A stretch of DNA of 63,196 bases from an uncultured Eubacteriales bacterium (lineage in GTDB: Bacteria; Bacillota; Clostridia; Christensenellales; CAG-917). The stretch is taken from positions 1-63,196 of the forward strand of contig URIX01000005.1 of assembly GCA_900547975.1 (NCBI GenBank). Reading direction: 5' to 3'. Below the pieces are notes generated by a model that was given only the letters and a program-made list of their open reading frames with translations, did no database searches and had not been told where the DNA came from. The position numbers and the translations under genes are program-made. Positions 29,506 to 39,057 of this stretch are shown piece after piece (position 1 is the first letter of the stretch; each line of letters begins with the position of its first letter).

Positions 29506-30621
29506 ATGGGACTCATCAAAAGACAACTTCTCAAAGTTATAAGTTGGGAAGACAGTTCTCAAAATACATTAGTTCACAAATTCGAATATGACGACAGATA
29601 TGCGATTATGAAAGGTTCGGAACTCATCGTTCGCCCCTCGCAAGCCGCCATATTCGTGTATCGCGGAAGCGTATGCGACGTTTTCACCGAAGGCAGTTGG
29701 AAACTCGACGAAGGTTCGACGCCCGTACTCACCGCGCTCGCAAACTGGAAATACGCGTTTGAAAACCCCAAACAAATCGACGTTTATTACGTCAGTTTGA
29801 AAAGATTCACTCAAATGAAGTGGGGCACGCCCAATCCCGTTATGATGCGCGACAAGGACTTCGGAATGATTCGTATCGCAGGTCACGGCGAGTATTCCTT
29901 CCACGTTATGAATCCCGAGCTCTTTATGAAAGAGATTTTCGGCGCAACGCATTCCTACAAGACCGAGGACATCGAGGAGCATCTCAAATCTTTGGTGCTT
30001 GCACAACTTACGGATATGCTCGGCGAATGCGAGATTCCCGCGCTCGAACTTGCAGCAAACTATCTCGAAATCGGCGACACCGTATGCAAGGAAGTGAAGC
30101 CCAGATTCAACGAGCTCGGACTTGACATCGATTCAGTCATAGTGCGCAACTTCAAGTTGCCCGAAGCCGTCGAAAAGGCGATGGACCAACGCACCACTCT
30201 CGGCGTCTTCGACGGCAAGATGGGCGAGTACGCCCAATACGAATCCGTGCAAGCAATGCGCGACGCGGCAAAAAATCCCGGAATGGGCGGTATGTTCGGC
30301 GCGGCAGGCATCGGTCTCGGAATGGGCGCAAGAGTGGGCAATCAATTCGCGCAAAACCTCGACGAAGCGCAAACTCAAAAAGTCAAATGCGCAAAATGCG
30401 GCGCGTCCGTCAAAGCGGGTGCGAAATTCTGCCCCGAGTGTGGCGCAAAGGTCGGCGCAGAAGAAACCGTAAAATGCTCTAAATGCGGCGCAAGCGTTCC
30501 GCAAGGCGCAAAATTCTGCTCCGAATGCGGTCAACCGATGAACGTCGTATGCCCCAAGTGCGGTGCAAAAGTTAAGTCGGGTATGAAATTCTGCCCGGAA
30601 TGCGGCGCAAAAATCGGCTGA
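29506..30621 (+). CDS. SPFH/Band-7 domain protein (B. subtilis YdjI-like) with a C-terminal triple zinc-ribbon tail
   Basis: ATG at 29506 behind GGAGG (29496-29500). The N-terminus MGLIKRQLLKVISWED...IVRPSQAAIFVYRG is typical of the YdjI-type SPFH family. The C-terminus has three CxxC-x10-CxxC units (KCAKCGASVKAGAKFCPECG, KCSKCGASVPQGAKFCSECG, VCPKCGAKVKSGMKFCPECG; nt 30376-30618). Confidence 0.8.
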   Translation: MGLIKRQLLKVISWEDSSQNTLVHKFEYDDRYAIMKGSELIVRPSQAAIFVYRGSVCDVFTEGSWKLDEGSTPVLTALANWKYAFENPKQIDVYYVSLKRFTQMKWGTPNPVMMRDKDFGMIRIAGHGEYSFHVMNPELFMKEIFGATHSYKTEDIEEHLKSLVLAQLTDMLGECEIPALELAANYLEIGDTVCKEVKPRFNELGLDIDSVIVRNFKLPEAVEKAMDQRTTLGVFDGKMGEYAQYESVQAMRDAAKNPGMGGMFGAAGIGLGMGARVGNQFAQNLDEAQTQKVKCAKCGASVKAGAKFCPECGAKVGAEETVKCSKCGASVPQGAKFCSECGQPMNVVCPKCGAKVKSGMKFCPECGAKIG

Positions 30622-30644
30622 TAAAGGATAAATAGACTTTCACA

Positions 30645-31718
30645 ATGGCAAACGATTTCGATTACAATGTTTCGGCTGTCGTAAAGTGTCAAAACTGCGG
30701 CGCAGATATGGTTTATGACCCCGAAAAAGGCGCGCTTCATTGCTCGTATTGCGATGCAACTCGCACAATCGACAGAAGAGTGTGCTACAAGCGCGATTAT
30801 CTTTCGGCACTCGACGAGGGCGAGGTCAAATTCGACAATTCGACATACAAATGTCCCAACTGCGGCGCGGACGTCAAACTCGCGCCTTTCGACACTGCAA
30901 TAAAATGTCCTTATTGCGGCGGTACGAACGTTGTCGAACTCGAAGATATGAAAGGGCTTAAACCCGACAGTATTCTCCCGTTTGCACTTTCTCAAAATCA
31001 GGCTTCGGATGCGGGCAAAAAGTGGATAAAAAAGAGGATTTTTGCACCTATTAAACTAAAAAAGAGTTTCACGGTGGATAAATTTAAGGGCGTTTATATT
31101 CCGTCCTACGCATTCACTACAAACGCCGATTCCACTTACGACGGACGACTTGGCGAACGCCGCACGAGAACCGTCGGAAGCGGCAAGGATCGACATACCG
31201 AAACCTACATTGAATGGTACACGGTAAACGGATCGACAAACAACTTCTTCGAGAACGTGGCGGTTGAGGCAAGCACGCAACTCAATCAAAAAGAGTTGAA
31301 CAAAATCTTGCCCTACGACACCGACAATCTCGAAGCGTACAACAAGGACTATATCGCAGGCTTTTCGGCAGAGAAATACGACACCTCGCTCAAAGACGGA
31401 TTTGACGTTGCAAAAGGTCAGATGGACGACACCATTCGCAAGCGCATAATCGACGGCTACGGCGCGGACGTCGTGGATTATCTCAACGTGCACACCTCGT
31501 ACAAGGGAACTGCGTTCCACTATATGATGTTGCCGCTTTGGGTTTGTGCGTACGTGTACCGCAAAAAAGGATATCGTTTCATCATCAACGGCAGAACGGG
31601 TAAGTCCACGGGCAAATCGCCCGTATCGCCTCTCAAAGTCGCAATCGCGGTGCTTTTGGCGGTCGGTATAGTCGCGTTCATCGCGTGGTTAGTGCTGACG
31701 GGACAGACCGAAACCTAA
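30645..31718 (+). CDS. Zinc-ribbon protein with C-terminal transmembrane anchor (B. subtilis YdjG-like)
   Basis: The N-terminus has CQNCGA...CSYCDA and CPNCGA...CPYCGG zinc ribbons. The C-terminus has a hydrophobic helix VAIAVLLAVGIVAFIAWLVL. It lies 24 nt after the SPFH gene on the same strand. Confidence 0.7.
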   Translation: MANDFDYNVSAVVKCQNCGADMVYDPEKGALHCSYCDATRTIDRRVCYKRDYLSALDEGEVKFDNSTYKCPNCGADVKLAPFDTAIKCPYCGGTNVVELEDMKGLKPDSILPFALSQNQASDAGKKWIKKRIFAPIKLKKSFTVDKFKGVYIPSYAFTTNADSTYDGRLGERRTRTVGSGKDRHTETYIEWYTVNGSTNNFFENVAVEASTQLNQKELNKILPYDTDNLEAYNKDYIAGFSAEKYDTSLKDGFDVAKGQMDDTIRKRIIDGYGADVVDYLNVHTSYKGTAFHYMMLPLWVCAYVYRKKGYRFIINGRTGKSTGKSPVSPLKVAIAVLLAVGIVAFIAWLVLTGQTET

Positions 31719-31927
31719 GCCGCAGACAAAAGCGTTAAATCGTAAAACGAAAAACGAAAACGTCAAATAGTAGACGATAAGACGAAAAGTGCGACGAAGA
31801 CCACACCAAAGCGATTGTCGCATAACGGCAATACAACAAAACGAAAGCAGGAACGAAACAAGTCGCAAAACTACTTGAAACTAACGAAAACAATTAAAAT
31901 TTATATATCTTTACGGAGGTAAAAACA

Positions 31928-32128
31928 ATGGTAACAAAAGATATGCTCATTATCGACGTACTCGCACAAGGCGACCCCGACAAACTTGCCGAAGTGTTGC
32001 AAGATAGCGGAATGCACTGCTTGCATTGTATGCTCGCACACGGCGAAACTCTCGAAGAAGCGGCGGCAGTACACGGAATCAATGTGGACGAACTCGTTGA
32101 AAAACTCAATGCGGTTATCGAAAAATAA
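31928..32128 (+). CDS. DUF1858 / hybrid-cluster-protein-associated redox disulfide domain protein (66 aa)
   Basis: GGAGG SD 7 nt upstream. The CLHC motif in a helical 66-aa protein (MHCLHCMLAHGETLEEAA..HGI) is typical of DUF1858. Confidence 0.7.
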   Translation: MVTKDMLIIDVLAQGDPDKLAEVLQDSGMHCLHCMLAHGETLEEAAAVHGINVDELVEKLNAVIEK

Positions 32129-32164
32129 CGGTATAAACGCATAGAAAAACGTCAAAAAACATAG

Positions 32165-32196
32165 AAAAAAACGCCGTTTTTTCGGCGTTTTTTTAT
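32165..32196. terminator. Bidirectional terminator between convergent genes
   Basis: AAAAAACGCCG-TTTTTT-CGGCGTTTTTTT: an A-run and a T-run flank a GC stem, located between the DUF1858 gene (+) and spmB (-). Confidence 0.7.
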
Positions 32197-32248
32197 GCCG
32201 TTTGCTTGGTTTTTTTGTGTTTTACGTTTTAGTTTTCCGTGTTGTTTT

Positions 32249-32761
32249 TCACATAAAGCGGCAGAGTGCGCACGCAATGAGCGCGCCCAAAAGTGTGCAG
32301 AAAAGCGATACGGGGATTGCGTAGCGCAACTTCTTGACCTTGCACGCAGAGAAGTAAACTGCGGATATATAAAATATGGTTTCGCTGCCGCCCGCTATTA
32401 CCGAAGCGCACCGCGCTATATACGAATCTGCGCCGTATTTTGTTATTATGTCTTCGAGTATCGCAATCGTTCCGTTGCCCGAAAGCGGTACGAGCAAGAG
32501 AACTTCGGCAACTTCACTCGGTATGCCGATATACGCAAGAGGCTTTGCAAGCCAACCCGAAACTATGCTCGAAAGTCCGCTTGCTTTGAACATTTCTATG
32601 CACACGAATATGGACGCGATATAGGGGAAGATGTCTGTTACGAGGTCGAGTCCGTCCTTTGCGCCGAGCAAAAAACAGTCGTATACTTTCACCTTTTTGA
32701 CAATGCAAACTACGATGAGAAGTATGAGAAGAGAGGGTAGTATATACATACTTACGCTCAT
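32249..32761 (-). CDS. spmB: Spore maturation protein B-like (nucleoside-recognition domain membrane protein)
   Basis: 170-aa hydrophobic protein with the SpmB-like segment PLSGNGTIAILEDIITKYG.DS. Its start overlaps the stop of the upstream spmA-like gene by 4 nt. Confidence 0.75.
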   Translation of the reverse strand: MSVSMYILPSLLILLIVVCIVKKVKVYDCFLLGAKDGLDLVTDIFPYIASIFVCIEMFKASGLSSIVSGWLAKPLAYIGIPSEVAEVLLLVPLSGNGTIAILEDIITKYGADSYIARCASVIAGGSETIFYISAVYFSACKVKKLRYAIPVSLFCTLLGALIACALCRFM

Positions 32762-33453
32762 AACTCACCTCTTTGCGATTTTGCACAGAATTTACGAAAC
32801 GAGGGCTTTATTTTGCGGTTTACGCTAAATAAAGTGCTTGTTGTGCCGTTTGAATCGTTTTTATTCTTTTTTAGCGAAAGCACTTTGCAAAGAATCGTTC
32901 CGCACAAAGTGGCTATGCCGCTGGATATTAAAGTGGGCAAAATCACGTCGGACGGACTTTGCGAATTTGCGCTTGCTCTAAGCGCAATCACTGTTGCGGG
33001 AATAAGTTGAATGGACGTTGCGTTTATCACGAGCAGCATAATCATATTGTCGGTTGCTCTGTCGCTTCCGTCGCTCATCGCGCTCATAGCCTTTATGCCT
33101 GCAGGGGTTGCCACGCCGCCCATTCCGAACATATTTGCGGCAAGGTTGACGCATATTTTGTCGTACACCTCGTCCGATTCGTTTTTGAAAATCTTGCATA
33201 CCACGGGGCGCAGAATCTTCGACAGTTTTTTGTCGAGGGCGGTTGCTTCCACCATTTTCAGAACGGACAGCCACACGGCGTATATCGCGCAAAGTTTGAA
33301 GGAAAGTTCGATTGCGCCGCGCACGCCTTCTATCATCGTGGGAAAGGCGGATTCGGGGGACGTTATGATCATCAGCACCAAAGATATTGCCGTTATCGAC
33401 ACAAATGCAACGTTCATACGATATTGTATTTTTCGCCTCGCGCGCATATGCAC
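32758..33453 (-). CDS. spmA: Spore maturation protein A-like (nucleoside-recognition domain membrane protein)
   Basis: Gate-domain style membrane protein (GVRGAIELSFKLCAIYAVWLSVLKMVE, ANMFGMGGVATPAGIKAM). The start is uncertain: 33453, or the internal ATG at 33417 (MNVAFVS...). Neither has a strong SD. Confidence 0.7.
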   Translation of the reverse strand: MHMRARRKIQYRMNVAFVSITAISLVLMIITSPESAFPTMIEGVRGAIELSFKLCAIYAVWLSVLKMVEATALDKKLSKILRPVVCKIFKNESDEVYDKICVNLAANMFGMGGVATPAGIKAMSAMSDGSDRATDNMIMLLVINATSIQLIPATVIALRASANSQSPSDVILPTLISSGIATLCGTILCKVLSLKKNKNDSNGTTSTLFSVNRKIKPSFRKFCAKSQRGEL

Positions 33454-33539
33454 TTATGATTTACTTTTATAAATAAAAGATGTATAATGTATAAATCAAT
33501 CCAAAAGGCGGGCATCATTAGTCTGCCGACGAGGTGAAT

Positions 33540-35558
33540 ATGCAAGACAAAAAGAAATTTTATATGACCACGGCAATCGCCTACGCTTCGGGGAAACCTC
33601 ACATCGGAAACACCTACGAAATCGTGTTTTCCGACCTCGTTGCAAGAGCAAAGCGTATGGAAGGTTTCGACGTGTTTTTTCAAACGGGCACGGACGAGCA
33701 CGGTGAAAAAATCGAACTCAAAGCGCAAGCGGCGGGAATGACTCCCAAGGAATTTGTGGACCAAAGAGCCGCAGATATCAAGCGCATATGGGATTTGATG
33801 GACACCACCTACGACAAATTTATCCGCACCACCGACAAAGAGCACGAGCAGCAGGTGCAAAAGATATTTGAAAAATTTTATAAACAAGGCGACATCTACA
33901 AAGGCTCGTACAAGGGCTGGTACTGCACGCCTTGCGAGTCGTTCTGGACGGAAAGCCAACTCGTTGACGGCAAATGCCCCGACTGCGGCGGCAAAGTCGA
34001 GATGGCGGAAGAAGAAGCGTATTTCTTCAAGATGAGCAAATACGCCGACCGCCTTTTGAAATACTACGACGAACATCCCGATTTCATCGTTCCCGTATCC
34101 CGCAAAAACGAGATGGTAAACAACTTTTTGAAACCCGGACTTCAAGACCTTTGCGTGTCGAGAACCTCGTTCACGTGGGGTATTCCCGTAACTTTCGACA
34201 AACGCCACGTCGTTTACGTCTGGCTCGACGCGCTCACCAACTACATCACCGGTATCGGATTCGATGCGGACGGCAATTCGAGCGACTTGTACAAAAAGGA
34301 ATGGCCGGCAGACGTGCATATCATCGGCAAAGACATCGTGCGCTTCCACTCGATTTACTGGCCCATTTTCCTTATGGCACTCGGCGAGCCGCTTCCCAAA
34401 CAGATTTTCGGACACCCGTGGTTGTTGCAAGACGGCGGAAAGATGTCGAAGTCCAAGGGCAACGTCATTTACGCAGACGACCTCGTGGACTATTTCGGCG
34501 TGGACAGCGTGAGATATTTCCTTCTTTCGCAAATGCCTTTTGACAACGACGGTGTGATAAGTTGGGACTTGGTTATGGAAACAATAAACAGCGAACTCGT
34601 CAACGTGTACGGCAACCTCGTACAACGCACGATTGCTATGACAAACAAATATTTCGGCGGAATCGTTTGCGATAAGGGCGTGAGCGAACCCGTTGACGAC
34701 GAACTTAAATCCGTCGCAAAAGCGGCGCGCGACAAAGTGTTTGCCAACATAGACGCGTATCGTTCGGCGGACGCATTGAGCGAGATATTCACGGTTTTGC
34801 GTAGAGCAAACAAGTATATCGACGAAACTATGCCGTGGGTGCTTGCAAAGGATGAAAGCCAAAAAGGCAGGCTTTCAACCGTGCTTTACAACCTCACCGA
34901 AACGATTGTGATTTGCGCGAGTTTGCTTGCGCCGTTTATGCCGTCCACCTCTCAAAAAGCAGCCGAGCAATGCGGAACGACTTTGAGAGAGTACGCCGAT
35001 CTCGACAAATTCGGACTTTTGCAAAGCGGAACGAAAGTTGCGGAAAATCCCGCGCACCTCTTTGCGAGAATCGACGTTGACAAGGTGAAAAAAGACTTGC
35101 TCGCAAAGGGTATCGTCAAAGAGGACAAAATAGAAGAAACGCCCGAAAAACCCGAAAAGAAAGAGAACGTAAAAGAGGAAAAGAAAGAAGATAAAAAGGC
35201 GGAAAACGTCGTCGATTTGAGCGAAATCACAATCGAGGATTTTGCAAAAATTCAACTGCGCGTCGGAAAAATTCTCACCGCCGAAAAGGTTGAAAAAGCC
35301 GACAAACTTCTCAAATTTTCCGTTCGGATAGGCGACGATACTCGCACGATAGTGAGCGGAATCGCAAAATACTATACGCCCGAAGAAATGTTGGGCAAAA
35401 ACGTCGTTGTGGTGTACAACCTCAAACCTGCAAAACTTCGCGGAATAGAGAGCCAAGGTATGCTTCTTTGCGCTTGCTTTAAGAAAGAAGACGGCAGTGA
35501 AGAAGTGGTGCTCGTATCCCCCGAAAAGCCCGTCGAAAGCGGCAGCGTGGTGAGATAA
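33540..35558 (+). CDS. metG: Methionine--tRNA ligase with C-terminal EMAP/Trbp111-type tRNA-binding domain
   Basis: HIGN (class I HIGH) and KMSKS motifs are present, plus a CPxC...CPDCG zinc knuckle. The C-terminal domain reads IEDFAKIQLRVGKIL...SQGMLLCA. ATG at 33540 sits 5 nt after GAGG. Confidence 0.97.
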   Translation: MQDKKKFYMTTAIAYASGKPHIGNTYEIVFSDLVARAKRMEGFDVFFQTGTDEHGEKIELKAQAAGMTPKEFVDQRAADIKRIWDLMDTTYDKFIRTTDKEHEQQVQKIFEKFYKQGDIYKGSYKGWYCTPCESFWTESQLVDGKCPDCGGKVEMAEEEAYFFKMSKYADRLLKYYDEHPDFIVPVSRKNEMVNNFLKPGLQDLCVSRTSFTWGIPVTFDKRHVVYVWLDALTNYITGIGFDADGNSSDLYKKEWPADVHIIGKDIVRFHSIYWPIFLMALGEPLPKQIFGHPWLLQDGGKMSKSKGNVIYADDLVDYFGVDSVRYFLLSQMPFDNDGVISWDLVMETINSELVNVYGNLVQRTIAMTNKYFGGIVCDKGVSEPVDDELKSVAKAARDKVFANIDAYRSADALSEIFTVLRRANKYIDETMPWVLAKDESQKGRLSTVLYNLTETIVICASLLAPFMPSTSQKAAEQCGTTLREYADLDKFGLLQSGTKVAENPAHLFARIDVDKVKKDLLAKGIVKEDKIEETPEKPEKKENVKEEKKEDKKAENVVDLSEITIEDFAKIQLRVGKILTAEKVEKADKLLKFSVRIGDDTRTIVSGIAKYYTPEEMLGKNVVVVYNLKPAKLRGIESQGMLLCACFKKEDGSEEVVLVSPEKPVESGSVVR

Positions 35559-35565
35559 GGCGGCT

Positions 35566-36339
35566 ATGTTGATTGACACTCATTGCCACTTAAACGACGA
35601 GAAATTGCTTTGCGACGTCGACAGAATCGTCGATGATTTTGAAAAGGACAATCTCGAAAGCGCGATATGCGTCGGCTACGATATGCCGTCGAGCGAACTT
35701 GCGGTTACGCTTGCAAACAAGTATGACAAAGTGTATGCGGCTGTCGGGGTGCATCCTCACGACGTCGATACTCTCGACGACGACGCGTGTCAAAGATTGC
35801 TCGAACTCGCAAATGACGGCAAAGTCGTAGGATTCGGCGAAATCGGACTCGATTACTATTATGATTTGAGCGAAAGGGAAGTGCAAAAGAGCGCGTTTGC
35901 AAAGCAAATCGAACTTGCAAATCAAGCGAATTTGCCCGTGATTTTGCACGTTCGCGACGCATACGAAGACACGAGAAAAATCCTTTTCGATATGCGCAAT
36001 TACATTCAAAACGGATTGCTTTTGCATTGCTATTCGGGGTCGAGCGAGTACGTGAAAATCTTTGACAAACTCGACGCGTACTACGCGTTCGGCGGCGCGA
36101 TAACATTCAAAAACGCAAAGCATAATCTCGAATCGCTGGCGGTCGTTCCCAAAGACAGATTGCTGTTGGAAACCGATTGTCCGTATATGACGCCCGTGCC
36201 GTTTAGAGGCAAAGCCAACGAACCGAAGTACGTCGCGCTCGTAGCGCAAAAGGCTGCCGATGTGCTCGGCGTGAGCGTGGAAGAAATCGAGAATATCACC
36301 ACTAAAAACGCAAAACGACTGTTTACACGCTTGAAATGA
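35566..36339 (+). CDS. tatD: TatD family metal-dependent hydrolase/DNase
   Basis: MLIDTHCHL start, then GEIGLDYYY and the LPVILHVRDA motif. 257 aa, immediately after metG as in many Firmicutes. Confidence 0.92.
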   Translation: MLIDTHCHLNDEKLLCDVDRIVDDFEKDNLESAICVGYDMPSSELAVTLANKYDKVYAAVGVHPHDVDTLDDDACQRLLELANDGKVVGFGEIGLDYYYDLSEREVQKSAFAKQIELANQANLPVILHVRDAYEDTRKILFDMRNYIQNGLLLHCYSGSSEYVKIFDKLDAYYAFGGAITFKNAKHNLESLAVVPKDRLLLETDCPYMTPVPFRGKANEPKYVALVAQKAADVLGVSVEEIENITTKNAKRLFTRLK

Positions 36340-36410
36340 GTGTATAAAACCTCGATTTTGTCAAAACTGCAAAATCGAAAACCGTAAAAACAAAATTCAG
36401 AGAGTATATA

Positions 36411-37028
36411 ATGAACAACAATTACGTTTATGAATTCGGCGACAGTTTGTATCTCAACATCACCAACCGTTGCCCGAACAACTGCGAATTTTGCATTCGC
36501 AACATCAAGGACGGCGTGAGCGGAAACGACCTTTGGCTTCTGAAAGAACCCACTTTCGAGGAACTCGTGGACGACATCTCTATGTACGATTTGTCAAAGT
36601 ACAAAGAAATCGTTTTTTGCGGATTCGGCGAGCCGATGTGCAATCTGTCTATGATTTCGCAAATCGCGCCCTACCTCAAAAAGAAAGGTTGCAAAATCCG
36701 TATCAACACGAACGGACTGGGCAATCTCATCAACAAGCGCGACGACGTTGCAAAACTCATTGCGCCGTACGTTGACAGCGTGTCCGTGTCGCTCAACGCT
36801 TCCACGCCCGAAGCGTATCAGGAAATTTGCAGAAGCAAGTACGGCGAGGCGGCGTTTGACGCTATGCTCAAATTCACCAAAGACTGCGTTGACGCCGGCA
36901 TAGACACGACTATGTCGGTGGTCGATTTTATCGGCGAGGACGAAGTCAAGGCTTGCGGCGAACTCGCAAAGAGCGTCGGCGCGCATTACAAAGTGCGCGA
37001 AACGATAAGAGAAGACACCGAGTATTAA
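36411..37028 (+). CDS. Radical SAM protein (TatD-associated type)
   Basis: CPNNCEFC (CxxxCxxC) radical-SAM cluster motif near the N-terminus. 205 aa, adjacent to tatD. Confidence 0.8.
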   Translation: MNNNYVYEFGDSLYLNITNRCPNNCEFCIRNIKDGVSGNDLWLLKEPTFEELVDDISMYDLSKYKEIVFCGFGEPMCNLSMISQIAPYLKKKGCKIRINTNGLGNLINKRDDVAKLIAPYVDSVSVSLNASTPEAYQEICRSKYGEAAFDAMLKFTKDCVDAGIDTTMSVVDFIGEDEVKACGELAKSVGAHYKVRETIREDTEY

Positions 37029-37173
37029 GAAAAAACAGCAGACAACTCGTGACCACTGTTTTTTATCTTTTGTACTTCGATTGTTCGTCCGATGTGATTT
37101 GACGTTTTATCTTCGGTACGATAGTAGTATGAGTCAAACTTGTCGGCGCATACGCGCTTTTGAAAGGAAATAA

Positions 37174-38016
37174 ATGGAAAATAACGGCATAAAAGACATA
37201 ATACGCGGCGTAAACTTCCGCTTCAACAAGGCTCTGGGGCAAAACTTCATCACCGACTCGAACCTTCTCGACGCAATCGTTGCGGACGGCGGAATAACGG
37301 GCGACGACGTCGTCGTCGAGATAGGCACGGGTGCGGGTACGCTCACTCGCGCCATTGCCAAAGTCGCAAAAAAGGTGTACTCGTTCGAGGTGGACCGAAA
37401 TTTAGAGCCGGTGCTTGCGCTCTCGCTTCAAGGCGTCGAAAACGCCGAAGTCGTGTTCCGTGACGTCCTCAAAATGAAAGACGCCGACCTTGCCGCAATC
37501 GTTGGAAGCAAATTCAAAGTGGTTGCGAATTTGCCTTATTACATCACCACACCGCTTGCTATGCGCTTTATCGAAAGCACGCTCGATGTGGAATCCATAA
37601 CTATTATGGTGCAGAAAGAAGTCGCGCTTCGCTTCGTTGCAAAGCCGAACACGCCCGACTATTCTGCGATTACGCTTGCAATCGAGATGGCGGGCGACGC
37701 GCAGATTACGAGAAACGTGTCGAGAAATATGTTCTATCCCGCGCCGAACGTGGATAGCGCAGTCGTGCGAATAGATATAAATCGTCACAAACTCGACGGC
37801 GAAAACAAGGCGCTTCTTCACAAACTCGCGCGCTCGTCTTTCGCTATGAGAAGAAAGACGCTTGCAAACAACCTTTCCGTTGCGTTCTCGCTCGAAAAGA
37901 AAGAGGCGACTCAAATCGTCGAAGAAGCGGGTTTCTCGCCGCTCGTAAGAGGGGAGGCGTTATCCCTCGAAGACTACAAAACTTTGTCAAAAGCGCTTGA
38001 AAAGCACATAAAATAA
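37174..38016 (+). CDS. rsmA: 16S rRNA (adenine1518-N6/adenine1519-N6)-dimethyltransferase
   Basis: FNKALGQNFI start motif, VVEIGTGAGTLT SAM-binding motif, NLPYYITTP motif. 280 aa. Confidence 0.95.
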   Translation: MENNGIKDIIRGVNFRFNKALGQNFITDSNLLDAIVADGGITGDDVVVEIGTGAGTLTRAIAKVAKKVYSFEVDRNLEPVLALSLQGVENAEVVFRDVLKMKDADLAAIVGSKFKVVANLPYYITTPLAMRFIESTLDVESITIMVQKEVALRFVAKPNTPDYSAITLAIEMAGDAQITRNVSRNMFYPAPNVDSAVVRIDINRHKLDGENKALLHKLARSSFAMRRKTLANNLSVAFSLEKKEATQIVEEAGFSPLVRGEALSLEDYKTLSKALEKHIK

Positions 38017-38024
38017 AAGACCGT

Positions 38025-38957
38025 ATGATCAAACAAAAATCTCACAACTTAACCGGAATCCTATTTTGTTCGCTGTGTGCTTTTGTGTGGGGCTTCGCAT
38101 TTATTGCTCAACAAAAAGCGTCGTCCGACGTGCCGACTTTCACGTTTAACGCTTTGAGATTTTCTCTTGCGGTCGGAGTTATAGGCATATTCGTTTTGAT
38201 AAATATGCTCGTTGACAAAAAGAAAGGCACGAATCGCACGGGGTGGAACAAATCCACTTTTATAGGCGGCGCACTATGCGGTTTGAGTTTGTTTATCGCA
38301 AACAATCTGCAACAGTACGGTATCGCGCATACCACCGTCGGCAAAACGGGATTCATAACGGCACTCTATATTGTGATTGTTCCTCTTTTGAATCTTCTTT
38401 TGAGAAGACGTATTCCGACGAACGGCATATTCGCAATCGTTTTTGCGGTGCTCGGGTTTTACATTATGTGCATAAACGGCGACAGCGGACTCACCTATGC
38501 GGACGCAATGTTGCTGCTTTGCGCGATTATGTTTTCCCTTCAAATTATGTTCATAGACGTGTACGTCGACGAGTGCGACCCGATAAAGCTTACGTTCGTG
38601 CAGTTCGTCGTGGCAAGTCTTTTAAGTTTGCCGGCAATGGCAATCGAGGGCTTTCCGCCGGCAAGTGCGGTGGGGCAAAACATAATACCCATTCTCTACG
38701 TCGGCATAATGTCGGCAGGCGTGGGATTCACTTTCCAATCCATAGGGCAGAAGTATGCGCCGCCGGAACTTGCAACGCTCATTATGTCTCTTGAATCCGT
38801 CATAGCGTTTATCGGCGGCGTTGCGTTTTTGCACGAGAGTTATTCGGCAAAAGAGTTTGCGGGTTGCATAATAGTGTTGCTTTCGGTGTTCCTTGCGCAA
38901 CTGAGCGTGCCGCACACTATGCTCAAAGCAAACCACAGTAAGTTCTTTATAGACTGA
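38025..38957 (+). CDS. DMT superfamily (EamA-like) transporter
   Basis: 310-aa protein with about ten hydrophobic helices in two EamA-like halves. Confidence 0.8.
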   Translation: MIKQKSHNLTGILFCSLCAFVWGFAFIAQQKASSDVPTFTFNALRFSLAVGVIGIFVLINMLVDKKKGTNRTGWNKSTFIGGALCGLSLFIANNLQQYGIAHTTVGKTGFITALYIVIVPLLNLLLRRRIPTNGIFAIVFAVLGFYIMCINGDSGLTYADAMLLLCAIMFSLQIMFIDVYVDECDPIKLTFVQFVVASLLSLPAMAIEGFPPASAVGQNIIPILYVGIMSAGVGFTFQSIGQKYAPPELATLIMSLESVIAFIGGVAFLHESYSAKEFAGCIIVLLSVFLAQLSVPHTMLKANHSKFFID

Positions 38958-38991
38958 CGGAATCGATTTGTACTAAATGATACGAAAACAC

Positions 38992-39018
38992 AAAACACGC
39001 ACTTTAAGTGCGTGTTTT
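38992..39018. terminator. Bidirectional terminator between convergent genes
   Basis: AAAACACGCAC (38992-39002), loop TTTAA, GTGCGTGTTTT (39008-39018), between the EamA gene (+) and tsaA (-). Confidence 0.8.
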
Positions 39019-39057
39019 GCTTGCTAAAACGCTTGTTTTGTGCGTTTGTCGCAAAAT

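Noticed and set aside
33454-33539. Expected T-box or other leader upstream of metG
   Set aside because: Only about 85 nt of spacer are available. There is no specifier-loop or T-box consensus (AATTAGGGTGGTACCGCG-like) and no terminator/antiterminator pair.
37030-37066. Possible terminator after the radical-SAM gene (AAAAAACAG...CTGTTTTTT)
   Set aside because: The stem is only about 5 bp with a ~17-nt loop, which is too weak to call. rsmA may be co-transcribed or have its own promoter.
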